The notes: generated from the letters alone by a model not told the origin. DNA of 32,000 nucleotides from Nitrososphaerota archaeon (GCA_002713205.1 PAVW01000018.1:15184-47183); one strand, 5' to 3'. Shown: positions 1 to 9,205, counted from the stretch's first letter. Made by a program: numbers and translations.

Positions 1-895
1 TGAAGATATAACAACCATGTCTGTTGAGGCTGCACGTCATGCTATTATCATGGCAAATAATCCTGATATAGGTGCTGTATTTGTTGGAAGTGAATCAAAA
101 CCATATGCAGTTAAACCTACTAGTACAATTGTAGCACAAGCGTTAGGCATTCATAAAACTTTAGCTGCTGATTTTGAATTTGCGTGTAAAGCTGGTACTG
201 AAGCAATGCAAGTTATCACTGGATTAATTGGTTCAGGTATGATAAATAATGGAATAGCTTTAGGTGTAGACACTGCACAAGGTAGGCCCGGAGATAGTCT
301 TGAATACACTGCTAGTAGTGGTGCTGCTGCTTTTGTTTTATCATCAGAAAATAACCATGGACTTGCATATGTTGAAGCCAGTACCTCTTTCGTTAGTGAT
401 ACGGGTGATTTTTGGAGACGACAAGGTGAATCATATCCTAGACATCTTTCTCGCTTTACTGGTGATCCTGCTTATTTCTTTCATGTAGAATCTTCTGTTC
501 GAACTCTGCTTGAAGAAATTAATGCAAAACCTACTGATTTTACTTATGCTGTATTCCACCAACCTAATCCTAAATTTCCTCTAGAAGTAGCTAAACGTTT
601 AGGATTTACTAAAGAACAACTCGAAGTTGGTTTGTTGAATCCTGAAATTGGTAATCCATATTCGGCAAGTTCCCCTTTAGGATTAATTGCTACATTAGAT
701 GTTGCTAAACCTGGTGATAAAATTTTACTTGCTTCATTTGGATCAGGTGCTGGAAGTGATGCTTTTTCAATAATTGTTGAAGATAATATATTGAATAAAA
801 GAAAGAATATTGTTCCTCTCCGTCAGCAAATCGATGATAATATAGAAATTAATTACTCTACTTACACAAAACTTCGAGGAATTCTAAATAAATAA
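1..895 (+). CDS. 3-hydroxy-3-methylglutaryl-CoA synthase (archaeal type), 5'-truncated by the window edge
   Basis: The reading frame is open to position 2 (..EDITTMSVEAARHAI..), so the M at 17 is internal. Thiolase-fold condensing-enzyme patterns are present (GSESKPYAVKP, FEFACKAGTEA, NPYSASSPLGL, SFGSGAGSD). It is the first gene of the conserved archaeal HMGCS-thiolase-DUF35 trio. Confidence 0.85.
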   Translation, partial: EDITTMSVEAARHAIIMANNPDIGAVFVGSESKPYAVKPTSTIVAQALGIHKTLAADFEFACKAGTEAMQVITGLIGSGMINNGIALGVDTAQGRPGDSLEYTASSGAAAFVLSSENNHGLAYVEASTSFVSDTGDFWRRQGESYPRHLSRFTGDPAYFFHVESSVRTLLEEINAKPTDFTYAVFHQPNPKFPLEVAKRLGFTKEQLEVGLLNPEIGNPYSASSPLGLIATLDVAKPGDKILLASFGSGAGSDAFSIIVEDNILNKRKNIVPLRQQIDDNIEINYSTYTKLRGILNK

Positions 896-901
896 TTTTT
901 T

Positions 902-908
902 AGGTGAT
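902..908 (+). promoter_or_regulatory. Shine-Dalgarno-like AGGTGAT 4 nt upstream of the thiolase ATG
   Basis: taGGTGATttttATG matches the core of the archaeal anti-SD complement (GGAGGTGATC). It lies inside an operon, where internal genes typically use SD. Confidence 0.45.
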
Positions 909-912
909 TTTT

Positions 913-2076
913 ATGTCTGTAAATATTGCAGGAACTGGCTTGACAAAAATTTCTGAACATTGGTCTAAGTCACTAATTGATCTTGCCGTTATGTCTGGTA
1001 GACAAGCGTTATCTGAATCTAATATTTCTCCAGATATGATTATCATAGGTAATATGCTCTCATCCTATGCTTCAAATCAAGAAAATCTTGGTTCAATAAT
1101 ATCTGAAAAATTAGGCCTGCAAGGCACTACTACATTTAAAATTGAATCATCTTCATGTTCAGGTGCAATGGCTGTCCATGTAGCAAATAACATTCTCAAT
1201 GGCAAAGATCGTAGTACTTCTGGTATTAACTCTATTTTAGTTATTGGAGTTGAAAAAATGTCTGATCTTTCACCATCCCAATTAGTTCAAGCAATTTCTT
1301 TAGGTGAAAGTTATGAATATCTACAATTTTTTGGGGTTAGTATGACTTCTCTTTATGCCTTATTTTCTAACTTGTACATGGAACGTTATAATATTTCTAA
1401 AAATGATTTATCTTATTTTCCAGCATTATCGCATAAGAATTCAGTTTCATGTAAACATGCTCAATTTAATCGTGAATTTTCTGTTGAATCAATATCGAGG
1501 TCTCCAATTATTTCATCACCTATTCGTTTACTTGATTGTTCGCCCATTGGAGATGGGTCTGCAGCTGTAGTTTTGACTAGATCAGAATCTAGTAATAATA
1601 ACAATCCTAATACTGTTAAAATTCTTTCTTCTTCTGCATCAAATTCTCCTGTAAACTTTTTTGAAAGATCAGATATGTTAAAATTTTATTCCACTGAACA
1701 ATGTATTTCTAATGCATTATCTGAATCTCAAATAAAATTATCTGATATTGATCTAATTGAAGTTCATGATGTTGTACCTGCAATTACTGCAAATATTTTG
1801 GAATCCTTAGGTTTCTCAAAACCAGGTAAGGCTGTTTTGGATGTCATTTCTGGAAAATACACTCTAGATTCTAGACCTTTTCTTTCAACATCTGGCGGAT
1901 TGAAAGCACGTGGAAATCCACTCTCAGCAACTGGAATATATCAAATTATTGAAATTACTAGACAACTTCAGAATAGATCTGATAATAATATTAATAAAAC
2001 ACAAATTGGTTTATCTCAAAATATGTCTGGTATTGATTCAAATAGTGTGATTCATATTTTAGGAGTTGTAAATTAA
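913..2076 (+). CDS. acetyl-CoA acetyltransferase (archaeal acetoacetyl-CoA thiolase)
   Basis: Thiolase-like pattern with the active-site Cys context SSSCSGAMAVH, LSHKNS..KHAQF, and the C-terminal catalytic region. ATG 913 has an SD-like site upstream, so the ORF-track GTG at 904 is less likely. It sits between HMGCS and DUF35. Confidence 0.85.
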   Translation: MSVNIAGTGLTKISEHWSKSLIDLAVMSGRQALSESNISPDMIIIGNMLSSYASNQENLGSIISEKLGLQGTTTFKIESSSCSGAMAVHVANNILNGKDRSTSGINSILVIGVEKMSDLSPSQLVQAISLGESYEYLQFFGVSMTSLYALFSNLYMERYNISKNDLSYFPALSHKNSVSCKHAQFNREFSVESISRSPIISSPIRLLDCSPIGDGSAAVVLTRSESSNNNNPNTVKILSSSASNSPVNFFERSDMLKFYSTEQCISNALSESQIKLSDIDLIEVHDVVPAITANILESLGFSKPGKAVLDVISGKYTLDSRPFLSTSGGLKARGNPLSATGIYQIIEITRQLQNRSDNNINKTQIGLSQNMSGIDSNSVIHILGVVN

Positions 2077-2471
2077 TGTCAATTTCCTATTGGAGAACAC
2101 GAGATAGATATTATAGAATTATTGGTTCAATTTGCGAAAATTGTAAAAGCGAATTTTTTCCTCCTGTTTATACATGTTCTAAATGTAATTCAACTGATAA
2201 ATCAAAAATTAAAGATAAAGAGATGCCCAATCAAGGAATAATTATTTCTTACACTGTTCTTTATGAACCTATGCTGGGATTTGAAGATGAAATTCCTATG
2301 CAAATTGCATTAATTCAACTCAATAATGGCGTTCGATTAGTAAGTCAAATTGTAGATTGTAAAATTGATGATATTGCAATAGGAAAAAATGTTAAACGTG
2401 TTTTTAGAAAAATAAAATCCGAAAGTAAATCTGGACAAATTTGGTATGGCTATAAATTTCGATTATGTTAA
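2076..2471 (+). CDS. DUF35 zinc-ribbon/OB-fold protein (scaffold subunit of the thiolase/HMGCS complex)
   Basis: CxxC...CxxC ribbon (CENCKSEFFPPVYTCSKCNS) followed by an OB-fold-like C-terminal half. The start overlaps the thiolase stop (TAATG). The position in the trio is conserved. Confidence 0.85.
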   Translation: MSISYWRTRDRYYRIIGSICENCKSEFFPPVYTCSKCNSTDKSKIKDKEMPNQGIIISYTVLYEPMLGFEDEIPMQIALIQLNNGVRLVSQIVDCKIDDIAIGKNVKRVFRKIKSESKSGQIWYGYKFRLC

Positions 2472-2484
2472 TAAATTTAACAAT

Positions 2485-2533
2485 GGGAGATTGGATAGAT
2501 AATACAAATAGGGGGAAATATCTATCCGCTCCC
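2485..2533 (+). other. Interrupted 14-bp stem-loop, G+C-rich relative to its surroundings (candidate structured RNA / 3'-UTR element)
   Basis: GGGAG(2485-2489)/CTCCC(2529-2533) plus GGATAGATA(2493-2501)/TATCTATCC(2519-2527). The internal loop is ATT versus G. The 17-nt loop is ATACAAATAGGGGGAAA. Confidence 0.6.
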
Positions 2534-2547
2534 GAAGCTCGACTATG

Positions 2548-2566
2548 AATATCTATCGATATTTTT
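2548..2566 (+). terminator. Small hairpin AATATC-tatc-GATATT followed by a T run
   Basis: 6-bp inverted repeat 2548-2553/2558-2563, running into TTTTT (2562-2566). It lies about 90 nt after the DUF35 stop. Archaeal termination at oligo-T is established. Confidence 0.4.
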
Positions 2567-2633
2567 AGTTACAAACTACTTTAACAAAAATAATTGACAA
2601 ATTAATCTTATAAATTTACATTATTAATTAGAA

Positions 2634-2990
2634 TTAAATAATTAGCGCATTCAAATTAAATAAAATAAAAATTAAGTTCAAAAATAGAATTAAAACCATG
2701 ACTGTATTTTTTTCTTCAATATATTTTCCTGAAATATTGATTATTGCATAAATTAACATACCTAATGATATATATATTAATAATAACGTGATTTTTTCTG
2801 CAATAAAATAGTATGATAAACTTGATAAAATAAGTAATATCGACGTTGTGAATTCCGCAAAAATATGCATTTGAACTTTTACATCATGACTATTATTCCT
2901 TGATTGATTATTGAAAAGAAAATTTACCCAATAGATAAAAATTGATATTCCTGCAATTAGACAATAAAATATTAATATATTAGAAATCAT
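2634..2990 (-). CDS. small integral membrane protein, unknown function
   Basis: 118 aa with about four hydrophobic helices. No recognisable motif. Confidence 0.5.
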   Translation of the reverse strand: MISNILIFYCLIAGISIFIYWVNFLFNNQSRNNSHDVKVQMHIFAEFTTSILLILSSLSYYFIAEKITLLLIYISLGMLIYAIINISGKYIEEKNTVMVLILFLNLIFILFNLNALII

Positions 2991-2995
2991 TATGA

Positions 2996-3403
2996 TTATT
3001 CTTCCGATAATTTAATTATATAATTCCAATATTTTTGTGATACTGGCATTACAGAAAGTCTTGGCAGTCTCACAAGTTCAAAATCTTTAAAAATACTATT
3101 TGATTTAATTTCTTTTAAACTAATGGCTCTCTTTAATCTTTTTTTAATTTTAATATCAAAAACAAGTAGTTTTTCATTATTTTGATTTGGATCTGGATAT
3201 GGTTTGGAAATTGCTTTTGCAATGCCAATTATTAACTTTTCCACACCCGAATGGTATATGAATAACTCATCTCCTTTTTTAATTTGTTTTATATGTTTTA
3301 ATGCTAAATTATTTTTTATTCCATCCCACGTTGTATTTTTTTCTTTTTCTAATATATCAAATGAATAATTTTTTGGCTCTTCTTTTAATAACCAATAATT
3401 CAT
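2996..3403 (-). CDS. EVE (PUA-like, DUF55) domain protein
   Basis: N-terminal YWLLKEEP, then WDGIKNNLALKHIKQIKKGDELFIYHSG and LVRLPRLSVMPVS. This matches the EVE domain pattern YWL.K.eP...WdGVRN..A...l..m..GD..lfYHS...L.r..RLSV.pv. Confidence 0.8.
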   Translation of the reverse strand: MNYWLLKEEPKNYSFDILEKEKNTTWDGIKNNLALKHIKQIKKGDELFIYHSGVEKLIIGIAKAISKPYPDPNQNNEKLLVFDIKIKKRLKRAISLKEIKSNSIFKDFELVRLPRLSVMPVSQKYWNYIIKLSEE

Positions 3404-3490
3404 ATGATTATTGATAAATTAATAAATAAAATTATTACTGTATTTGTTAAATTATATATATTTAAGACCTAATTGTATTATTACTGTAGC

Positions 3491-4939
3491 ATGAAATATG
3501 AAGAGATTCAAAAATTATTTTTAGAACGTGGTTTTTTTTTCCCAAGTTCTGAAATATATCCGGATTCTCCTGCAGGATTTTGGGATTATGGTCCACTTGG
3601 TGTTTCTTTTCGTAATAAATTTATTGATTTGTGGAGAAAAGAACTAGTTCGAAGAGATGATATGTTGGAAATTGACGGAAGTCAAATTTTATCTAAAAAT
3701 GTATTTGTTGCTTCAGGCCATTTAGAAAATTTTTCTGATCCAATAGTTAATTGCGCATCTTGTAATTCAGTATTTCGTGCTGATCGTATGATATCTGATA
3801 TTCTTGGGAAAAATCTTTCAGAAAAATTACCTACTGATCTTTATGATAAGTATATTTCTGATAATAATATTAATTGTCCAAATTGTAATAATAAATTCTC
3901 ACTTGTTTCTAATTTTAATATGATGTATAAAGTTGGTATTGGTCCAAAACAAGAAGAATCTTTTTTACGACCTGAAACATGTCAAACTATTTTTGTGGAT
4001 TTTTTAAGATTATTTAAAACTATGCGAATTAAATTACCAATAGGTATAGCTCAATTTGGAAAAAGTTTTAGAAATGAAATATCTCCTCGTCAAAGTTTAT
4101 TACGTTTAAGAGAATTTTATCAAGCTGAAATCGAAGTTTTTTTTAATCCTGCAAAAGTTGATAATTATTCTAAATTTTCTTCTATTAGTGATTTTGAAAT
4201 TCCTATTTGTTTGGACGACGAAAAAATTGTTGTCAAATCATGTCATGATTTTGTTAAAGATGGTATAATTCCGAATCAATTTATTGCTTATTATTTAGCT
4301 ATTTTAAAACAATTTTTTGATAAAACCGGTATTGATACTTCTAAAATGCGATTTAGAAAGTTACTTGATGATGATAGGGCATTTTATTCATCTCATGCTT
4401 TTGATTTTGAAGTTTTAACTTCTCTTGGCTGGATAGAACTTGTTGCTTGTAATGACCGTTCTGATTTTGATTTAAGTCGACATTCAAATCTTAGCGGTAA
4501 AGATATTACTGTAATGGATGACGAATCAAAAATTTTACCTAATGTATTTGAAATTTCTATGGGTATAGAACGTAGTTTATATTCTATATTTGAACATTCA
4601 TTTAAGTATGAAGATCAAAGATCTTTATTAACTTTAAAATCTTATTTATCACCTTTTTTCATTGCTATTTTTCCATTAGTTAATAAAAACAATTTACCAG
4701 AATTAGCACATAATATCTATGAAGATCTTAAACTCGATTTTAATGTATTTTATGACGAATCAGGTTCTATTGGACGACGATATAGACGACAAGATGAAAT
4801 CGGAACTCCTTTTTGTATAACTGTTGATTTCGAAACTCTTGAATCTGAAACTGTAACATTAAGAAATCGAGATTCTATGGAGCAAATTCGAATACCTATA
4901 AAAGATCTCAAAGTTAAATTACAAGATATTAAATTATAA
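3491..4939 (+). CDS. glyS: glycine--tRNA ligase (archaeal/eukaryotic alpha2 type)
   Basis: RGFFFPSSEIY..GFWDYGPLG, class II motifs (FRNEISPRQSLLRLREF, GIERS) and the C-terminal anticodon-binding domain (DESGSIGRRYRRQDEIGTPF). ATG 3491 is preferred over the ORF-track TTG at 3473. Confidence 0.92.
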   Translation: MKYEEIQKLFLERGFFFPSSEIYPDSPAGFWDYGPLGVSFRNKFIDLWRKELVRRDDMLEIDGSQILSKNVFVASGHLENFSDPIVNCASCNSVFRADRMISDILGKNLSEKLPTDLYDKYISDNNINCPNCNNKFSLVSNFNMMYKVGIGPKQEESFLRPETCQTIFVDFLRLFKTMRIKLPIGIAQFGKSFRNEISPRQSLLRLREFYQAEIEVFFNPAKVDNYSKFSSISDFEIPICLDDEKIVVKSCHDFVKDGIIPNQFIAYYLAILKQFFDKTGIDTSKMRFRKLLDDDRAFYSSHAFDFEVLTSLGWIELVACNDRSDFDLSRHSNLSGKDITVMDDESKILPNVFEISMGIERSLYSIFEHSFKYEDQRSLLTLKSYLSPFFIAIFPLVNKNNLPELAHNIYEDLKLDFNVFYDESGSIGRRYRRQDEIGTPFCITVDFETLESETVTLRNRDSMEQIRIPIKDLKVKLQDIKL

Positions 4940-5729
4940 GATAAATCAGAAATACTGAACTACATGCACCTATGAAGATTGAAAATAAATTAACTATATT
5001 GTTGTCTATATATGCATACCCATTTTTTAAATTAGTGTATCTATAATGATGAATTTTTGATTCAGTTAATTGATTACAACTTCTACATATATAATTTGCT
5101 TGAATCGCAGCTCCAAAATAACTGTCTATAATTATTCCTATTATACCGCCAATTCCTGCTGCTAATAAATAATTATAATTTTGATTTATATTTAAAAAAT
5201 AAGCAAATAATATTATTGAACATATGCCTAATATTCCAGATATTGTTCCTAAAAATGTAATTGCCCCAGAACGACCCGATTCTACTTTTTTAAAAGTGGT
5301 TATTAATCTTGGTTTATGTTTACTTAATAATCCAATTTCTGTTGATATTGTATCTCCAGTTGCTATCGATATTGATGTAATAAATGGAATTAATAGAATC
5401 TCTAAATTTAGAAAATAATATGATAATGCAAATAATGACGTAATGATTCCATTGGCCAATACATTGGTCCATGCTCTTGTTCCTCCTTTACTTTGCGCTA
5501 ATCCTGTTTTTCTTTTTTCATGATATCTGAATTTTGTTAGTATGTAAGTCAAAAAAAAGAATACAAATAATAATATTAATCCATTTAATCCAATTCCAAA
5601 TAATACTGTTATTCCAATAAAACTTGCAATTAAACATCCATAAATATCTAAAATTTTTAATTTAATTACTAATATTGCAAGTACAATCAAAATTAAAATT
5701 GTTACTATATCTAAATATTCTATAATCAT
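4929..5729 (-). CDS. DUF92/TMEM19-family integral membrane protein
   Basis: Polytopic, with the motif KGGTRAWTNVLANG as I recall for DUF92. The C-terminal part has a CxxC. The 3' end overlaps the glyS 3' end by 11 nt. Confidence 0.55.
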   Translation of the reverse strand: MIIEYLDIVTILILIVLAILVIKLKILDIYGCLIASFIGITVLFGIGLNGLILLFVFFFLTYILTKFRYHEKRKTGLAQSKGGTRAWTNVLANGIITSLFALSYYFLNLEILLIPFITSISIATGDTISTEIGLLSKHKPRLITTFKKVESGRSGAITFLGTISGILGICSIILFAYFLNINQNYNYLLAAGIGGIIGIIIDSYFGAAIQANYICRSCNQLTESKIHHYRYTNLKNGYAYIDNNIVNLFSIFIGACSSVFLIYLII

Positions 5730-5766
5730 TATATTATGAAAATTCCATCCTGTTAATAAAGTACTA

Positions 5767-6453
5767 TTATAATTGTGAAAATATTGATTTTATCTTCTCT
5801 TCATTATTTTTTTTAGTTATTCCGAGAATGATATTTTCTCGTTTTGATAATTCTATTGCTAAATCGTCAACCTGATCTGGTCCATGTAGTATTACCATTC
5901 GAGGTTTTAATCGTGAAACTCTTATTGCAACTAATGGAGACCTTCCAAGTCCAACTCTGGTAAAAATTAGAACGCGTTCGGTTGTAGCTCCAAATATTTT
6001 ATAAAAATCAATTCCTGATAGAAGATAAATTGTGTTTATGCTATCTAAAATTGTATATCCATATAATTTTGTTTTTAATTGATCTTCACCATTCAATATT
6101 TTTGCATTTAATAGTGTTTTAAGTTTTAATGCTGTTAATGGTTTGTTAAATTCTCCTATTCCTATTATTGCTGAATGTTCTTCTTTTAATAATCGATTTA
6201 ATGTTTTATTATTTGTTTTATCAACTTCTACAAGTGCTTTAATATATTTTTTTATAAATATGACGCCCGGTGAACTTCTTCTTCCACTTTCATAATCACT
6301 TAGTACTGAAGGTGACATATTCATTTGTTTCGCTAAAATTATTTGTTTAATTTTTAATCTTTGTCTCCATATCTTTAACATTTGTCCTGGATTATTATTT
6401 ATTACAACATCTCCTGCAATTTTTGATATTATTTCAAGATCTGTTTGTGACAC
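5767..6453 (-). CDS. archaeal XRE-type HTH transcriptional regulator with C-terminal domain (COG1395-like)
   Basis: HTH segment LKIKQIILAKQMNMSPSVLSDYESGRR followed by an approximately 140-aa C-terminal domain. GTG start, since the only nearby upstream ATG is out of frame. It begins 45 nt downstream of herA. Confidence 0.55.
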   Translation of the reverse strand: MSQTDLEIISKIAGDVVINNNPGQMLKIWRQRLKIKQIILAKQMNMSPSVLSDYESGRRSSPGVIFIKKYIKALVEVDKTNNKTLNRLLKEEHSAIIGIGEFNKPLTALKLKTLLNAKILNGEDQLKTKLYGYTILDSINTIYLLSGIDFYKIFGATTERVLIFTRVGLGRSPLVAIRVSRLKPRMVILHGPDQVDDLAIELSKRENIILGITKKNNEEKIKSIFSQL

Positions 6454-6498
6454 ACATTAATTATATCTGATGTTCTATTAATATCTAAATAATATTAA

Positions 6499-7941
6499 TT
6501 AATTAAAAAATAATTTTGTTTCGCCCATTGCATGCCATTTACTTTCTGATATTTTTACAACTACTGGTAGATCATTGACTGTTTTTCCTAAAACTAAGCA
6601 ATTTTTTGATGGTAGTGTGCGCACTATTGATTTTACTGTATCTGCATCAACCATACTGGCTTTTGATACTAATTCAATATCAGTATCATTAGTAAAATTA
6701 AATAGAAAAATATTATCTGCTTGTCTATATATTCCTTGATCTATGGCATCGGGTTGATTTGTAATAAAAGTTGTAAATATTCCAAAATGTCTCATTCTTG
6801 TAATTATATCATCCCAATATGTATCTCGTAAGTATAGATGTGCTTCCTCTGCAAATAAAAATACCGGTTTAATGTCTTTTTTTTCTAATAAATTGACTAA
6901 TTTCGATAAAATTATTTCTACAGTAATTCTTCGTAATAGTGGTGATGCTTCAGATAACGAAATTATAATTATATTTCCATCGGGTTGTGTATTTAGTAAT
7001 TCTTCTAATTTAATCGAATTATTGTTATCTGTTAAAATACCTGTTGATTGTAAAGTATGAAATCGTGATATTAATGCATCTCTGACAAATTCATTGCCTT
7101 TCCAATTAAAAATATGATTTCTCAATTCATCTATATTTAATGAATTCTTCGTTTTTAATAATTTGAAAATACGTAAAAATTCTCGTAATGACGCTCCTGG
7201 TAATTGTAATGAATGAGTTAAAATATTACATAAGCAATTTAGTTCAAGATATTGCAAGTTGAATTTTAATGATTTACCGGGAACTAATCTTGTTATTTTT
7301 CTTGATAAATTACTAGTCGTTCCATTTTTATTTTTTGTTAATCCCTTGTATTCATCATTTAAATCAAAAATAATTATTGGGGCCCCTAATTCTGCTAAAT
7401 TAGCTGCTAATAGTTTAGATAAATGTGATTTTCCAGATTCTTTTTTCCCAGTTATTATATTTAATTTTCCATCTAAAGCTTCTGCATAAATTTTAAATAT
7501 TTCATTTGATGCACCTGTTCCTAATTCTATTTCTCTTTTTCCTTCTCTTTTTGCAATTTCAAATAATTCATTATATGATATTTTTTTAATTTTTGTATAA
7601 ACTCTTGATGGCAGTAAATTATTTGAATATGTTAACGTTGAATTTTTTATCATTCCTCTGATTTTACATTTTAATATTCTTGAATCTCTAATAAACATTG
7701 AAATATTTTCTATTTCTAATGATTCTCCTTGAATTCCTTCTAACGTAGATTCTATTACTTCGTCTCTTAAGATTTCTTCAGATAATCCTGGAATGTCAAT
7801 ATATGTTTCTTCATATATTTGCGCTAAAATATTTATTTTTTTTGATGTATCTTCTAACTGTAAATAATCTCCTTGATGTACTTGTTCACTTGGAGTTGAT
7901 AATATTAATACTTCATTACCTGATTTTCCTAATATTTTCAT
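6499..7941 (-). CDS. herA: HerA-type hexameric DNA translocase/helicase ATPase
   Basis: HAS-barrel-like N-terminus, Walker A GKKESGKS, IIIFDLNDEY, Walker B FLFAEEAHLY, FITNQP, and C-terminal LGKTVNDLPVVVKI. These parallel Sulfolobus HerA segments as I remember them (ATGSGKS, LIFDYHGEY, VIEEAHVF, IVSQRP, IGKIVKLPAVVKI). Confidence 0.85.
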   Translation of the reverse strand: MKILGKSGNEVLILSTPSEQVHQGDYLQLEDTSKKINILAQIYEETYIDIPGLSEEILRDEVIESTLEGIQGESLEIENISMFIRDSRILKCKIRGMIKNSTLTYSNNLLPSRVYTKIKKISYNELFEIAKREGKREIELGTGASNEIFKIYAEALDGKLNIITGKKESGKSHLSKLLAANLAELGAPIIIFDLNDEYKGLTKNKNGTTSNLSRKITRLVPGKSLKFNLQYLELNCLCNILTHSLQLPGASLREFLRIFKLLKTKNSLNIDELRNHIFNWKGNEFVRDALISRFHTLQSTGILTDNNNSIKLEELLNTQPDGNIIIISLSEASPLLRRITVEIILSKLVNLLEKKDIKPVFLFAEEAHLYLRDTYWDDIITRMRHFGIFTTFITNQPDAIDQGIYRQADNIFLFNFTNDTDIELVSKASMVDADTVKSIVRTLPSKNCLVLGKTVNDLPVVVKISESKWHAMGETKLFFN

Positions 7942-8198
7942 TTTTTAAAATCCATATTTTTGTATATTTCAAATTTTAATATTTTATTTTCAATTTGATT
8001 TAATTTTAATTCTGTTTCTTCAATTAATAGTTCGTTTTTTTCTCTCTTATAATTTTCAATTCCAATAATATCGAATTCATTTTCTTTTTGATAATATTCT
8101 GTAAGTTTTTCATATAGATATTTATATTCTATTATATTTTTGTTATGTTCTTTTTCTTTTATTTCTGTTAATAATATGTAATTTTTCATTTTTATCAA
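7938..8198 (-). CDS. 83-86 aa K/E/N-rich predicted coiled-coil protein, unknown function
   Basis: The ORF sits exactly between nurA and herA. Its stop overlaps the herA ATG (ATGA, 7938-7941). Start is either TTG 8198, overlapping the nurA stop, or ATG 8189. No motif recognised. Confidence 0.55.
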   Translation of the reverse strand: MIKMKNYILLTEIKEKEHNKNIIEYKYLYEKLTEYYQKENEFDIIGIENYKREKNELLIEETELKLNQIENKILKFEIYKNMDFKK

Positions 8199-9205
8199 TT
8201 TTTATTTTTTAATGTCCAATACCATCTAAGTATTGTATTTCGTGTATTTTCACTTGGTATTTCTTTTAATGAAAAATTTTTACATAAATAGCTTTTAAAG
8301 CATACATCTTCAAAATTTGTAAATATTGATATATTATGCGCTAATATTAATGATTCAGGATATCCTCTATAATATGAATCGTTATAACTTAAATAACCTA
8401 ATTCAAATTTTATATTTTTTGCTATACTTTCCGTTTTAAATACTAATCCATTATCTCTCATTTTTAATAACATTAATTCTTTTTTTATGATGTTTTTTTT
8501 ATTTGATTTTATTCTGAATATAAATGGTGATCCTTTTATTGATTTTAATTTAGGAAATGTAAAAATTATTGATTTATCTTTTGTTGTTTTTGATATTCCA
8601 ATTAAACTATTATTATTTTCATTTGCTTTTTTTAATATTATATCTCCATCTTGGGCTGAAGTAATAATATTTAATGTTCCATCAACTAATATTATGCAAT
8701 TATTTAACGAATTTGATAATTCTTTAATTAAGATTTTTTCTAATGTATTTCTAATATGTGATTCAATTATAGATGAATTATTATTAAATTGACTTAATTT
8801 AATAAATTGAAATTGTGTTAATGTCTTTTCATTATAATAATTTAAAAATGGTCCAAATTGTAAATATTTTATTGGTTTTCCATTTAATGATAAAACAGCA
8901 GCTACTCTCGAAGCATAAATTGTTCCACTATCTAAATCATATATTGGAATACATGATGAATCGATTGCAACAATTAATTTTTTTTCTTTTATTGTTTTAA
9001 CATGTTCTATATTGAAATTATGTGAATTGGTATGTTCTATTATTGGTTGACGATGAGCAGAGGAGCTGAAAATAACGTTTTTCCCCGTTATTTCCTTCAT
9101 ATTGAACTTTATTTTATTATTAATTTCTTTATTTATTTTATCAATGATTAAGGTTGGTTCGTTTTTTAAAAAATTTATTTGTATATTGTTTAATTGCGTG
9201 GCCAT
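8195..9205 (-). CDS. nurA: NurA-family 5'-3' nuclease
   Basis: Three NurA signature segments: LIVAIDSSC (cf. FVAIDGGS), CIILVDGTLN (cf. YILMDGSLS) and RGYPESLILAHNISIF (cf. KGYPFPLLKAHMDVRF). The start is taken at ATG 9205, with 9217 as an alternative. The ORF-track extension to 9295 overlaps the divergent gene. Confidence 0.8.
   Translation of the reverse strand: MATQLNNIQINFLKNEPTLIIDKINKEINNKIKFNMKEITGKNVIFSSSAHRQPIIEHTNSHNFNIEHVKTIKEKKLIVAIDSSCIPIYDLDSGTIYASRVAAVLSLNGKPIKYLQFGPFLNYYNEKTLTQFQFIKLSQFNNNSSIIESHIRNTLEKILIKELSNSLNNCIILVDGTLNIITSAQDGDIILKKANENNNSLIGISKTTKDKSIIFTFPKLKSIKGSPFIFRIKSNKKNIIKKELMLLKMRDNGLVFKTESIAKNIKFELGYLSYNDSYYRGYPESLILAHNISIFTNFEDVCFKSYLCKNFSLKEIPSENTRNTILRWYWTLKNKN

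Noticed and set aside
2485-2533. Whether the G+C-rich hairpin is an H/ACA or C/D box sRNA, or contains a K-turn.
   Set aside because: There is no ACA box after the stem, no RUGAUGA/CUGA box pair, and no tandem G-A pairs next to the 3-nt bulge. I keep it only as an unclassified structured element.
3473-3490. Alternative-start extensions offered by the ORF track: glyS TTG 3473, thiolase GTG 904, membrane protein GTG 10774.
   Set aside because: In each case an ATG a few codons downstream gives the family-typical N-terminus. For the thiolase, that ATG is also preceded by an SD-like AGGTGAT.
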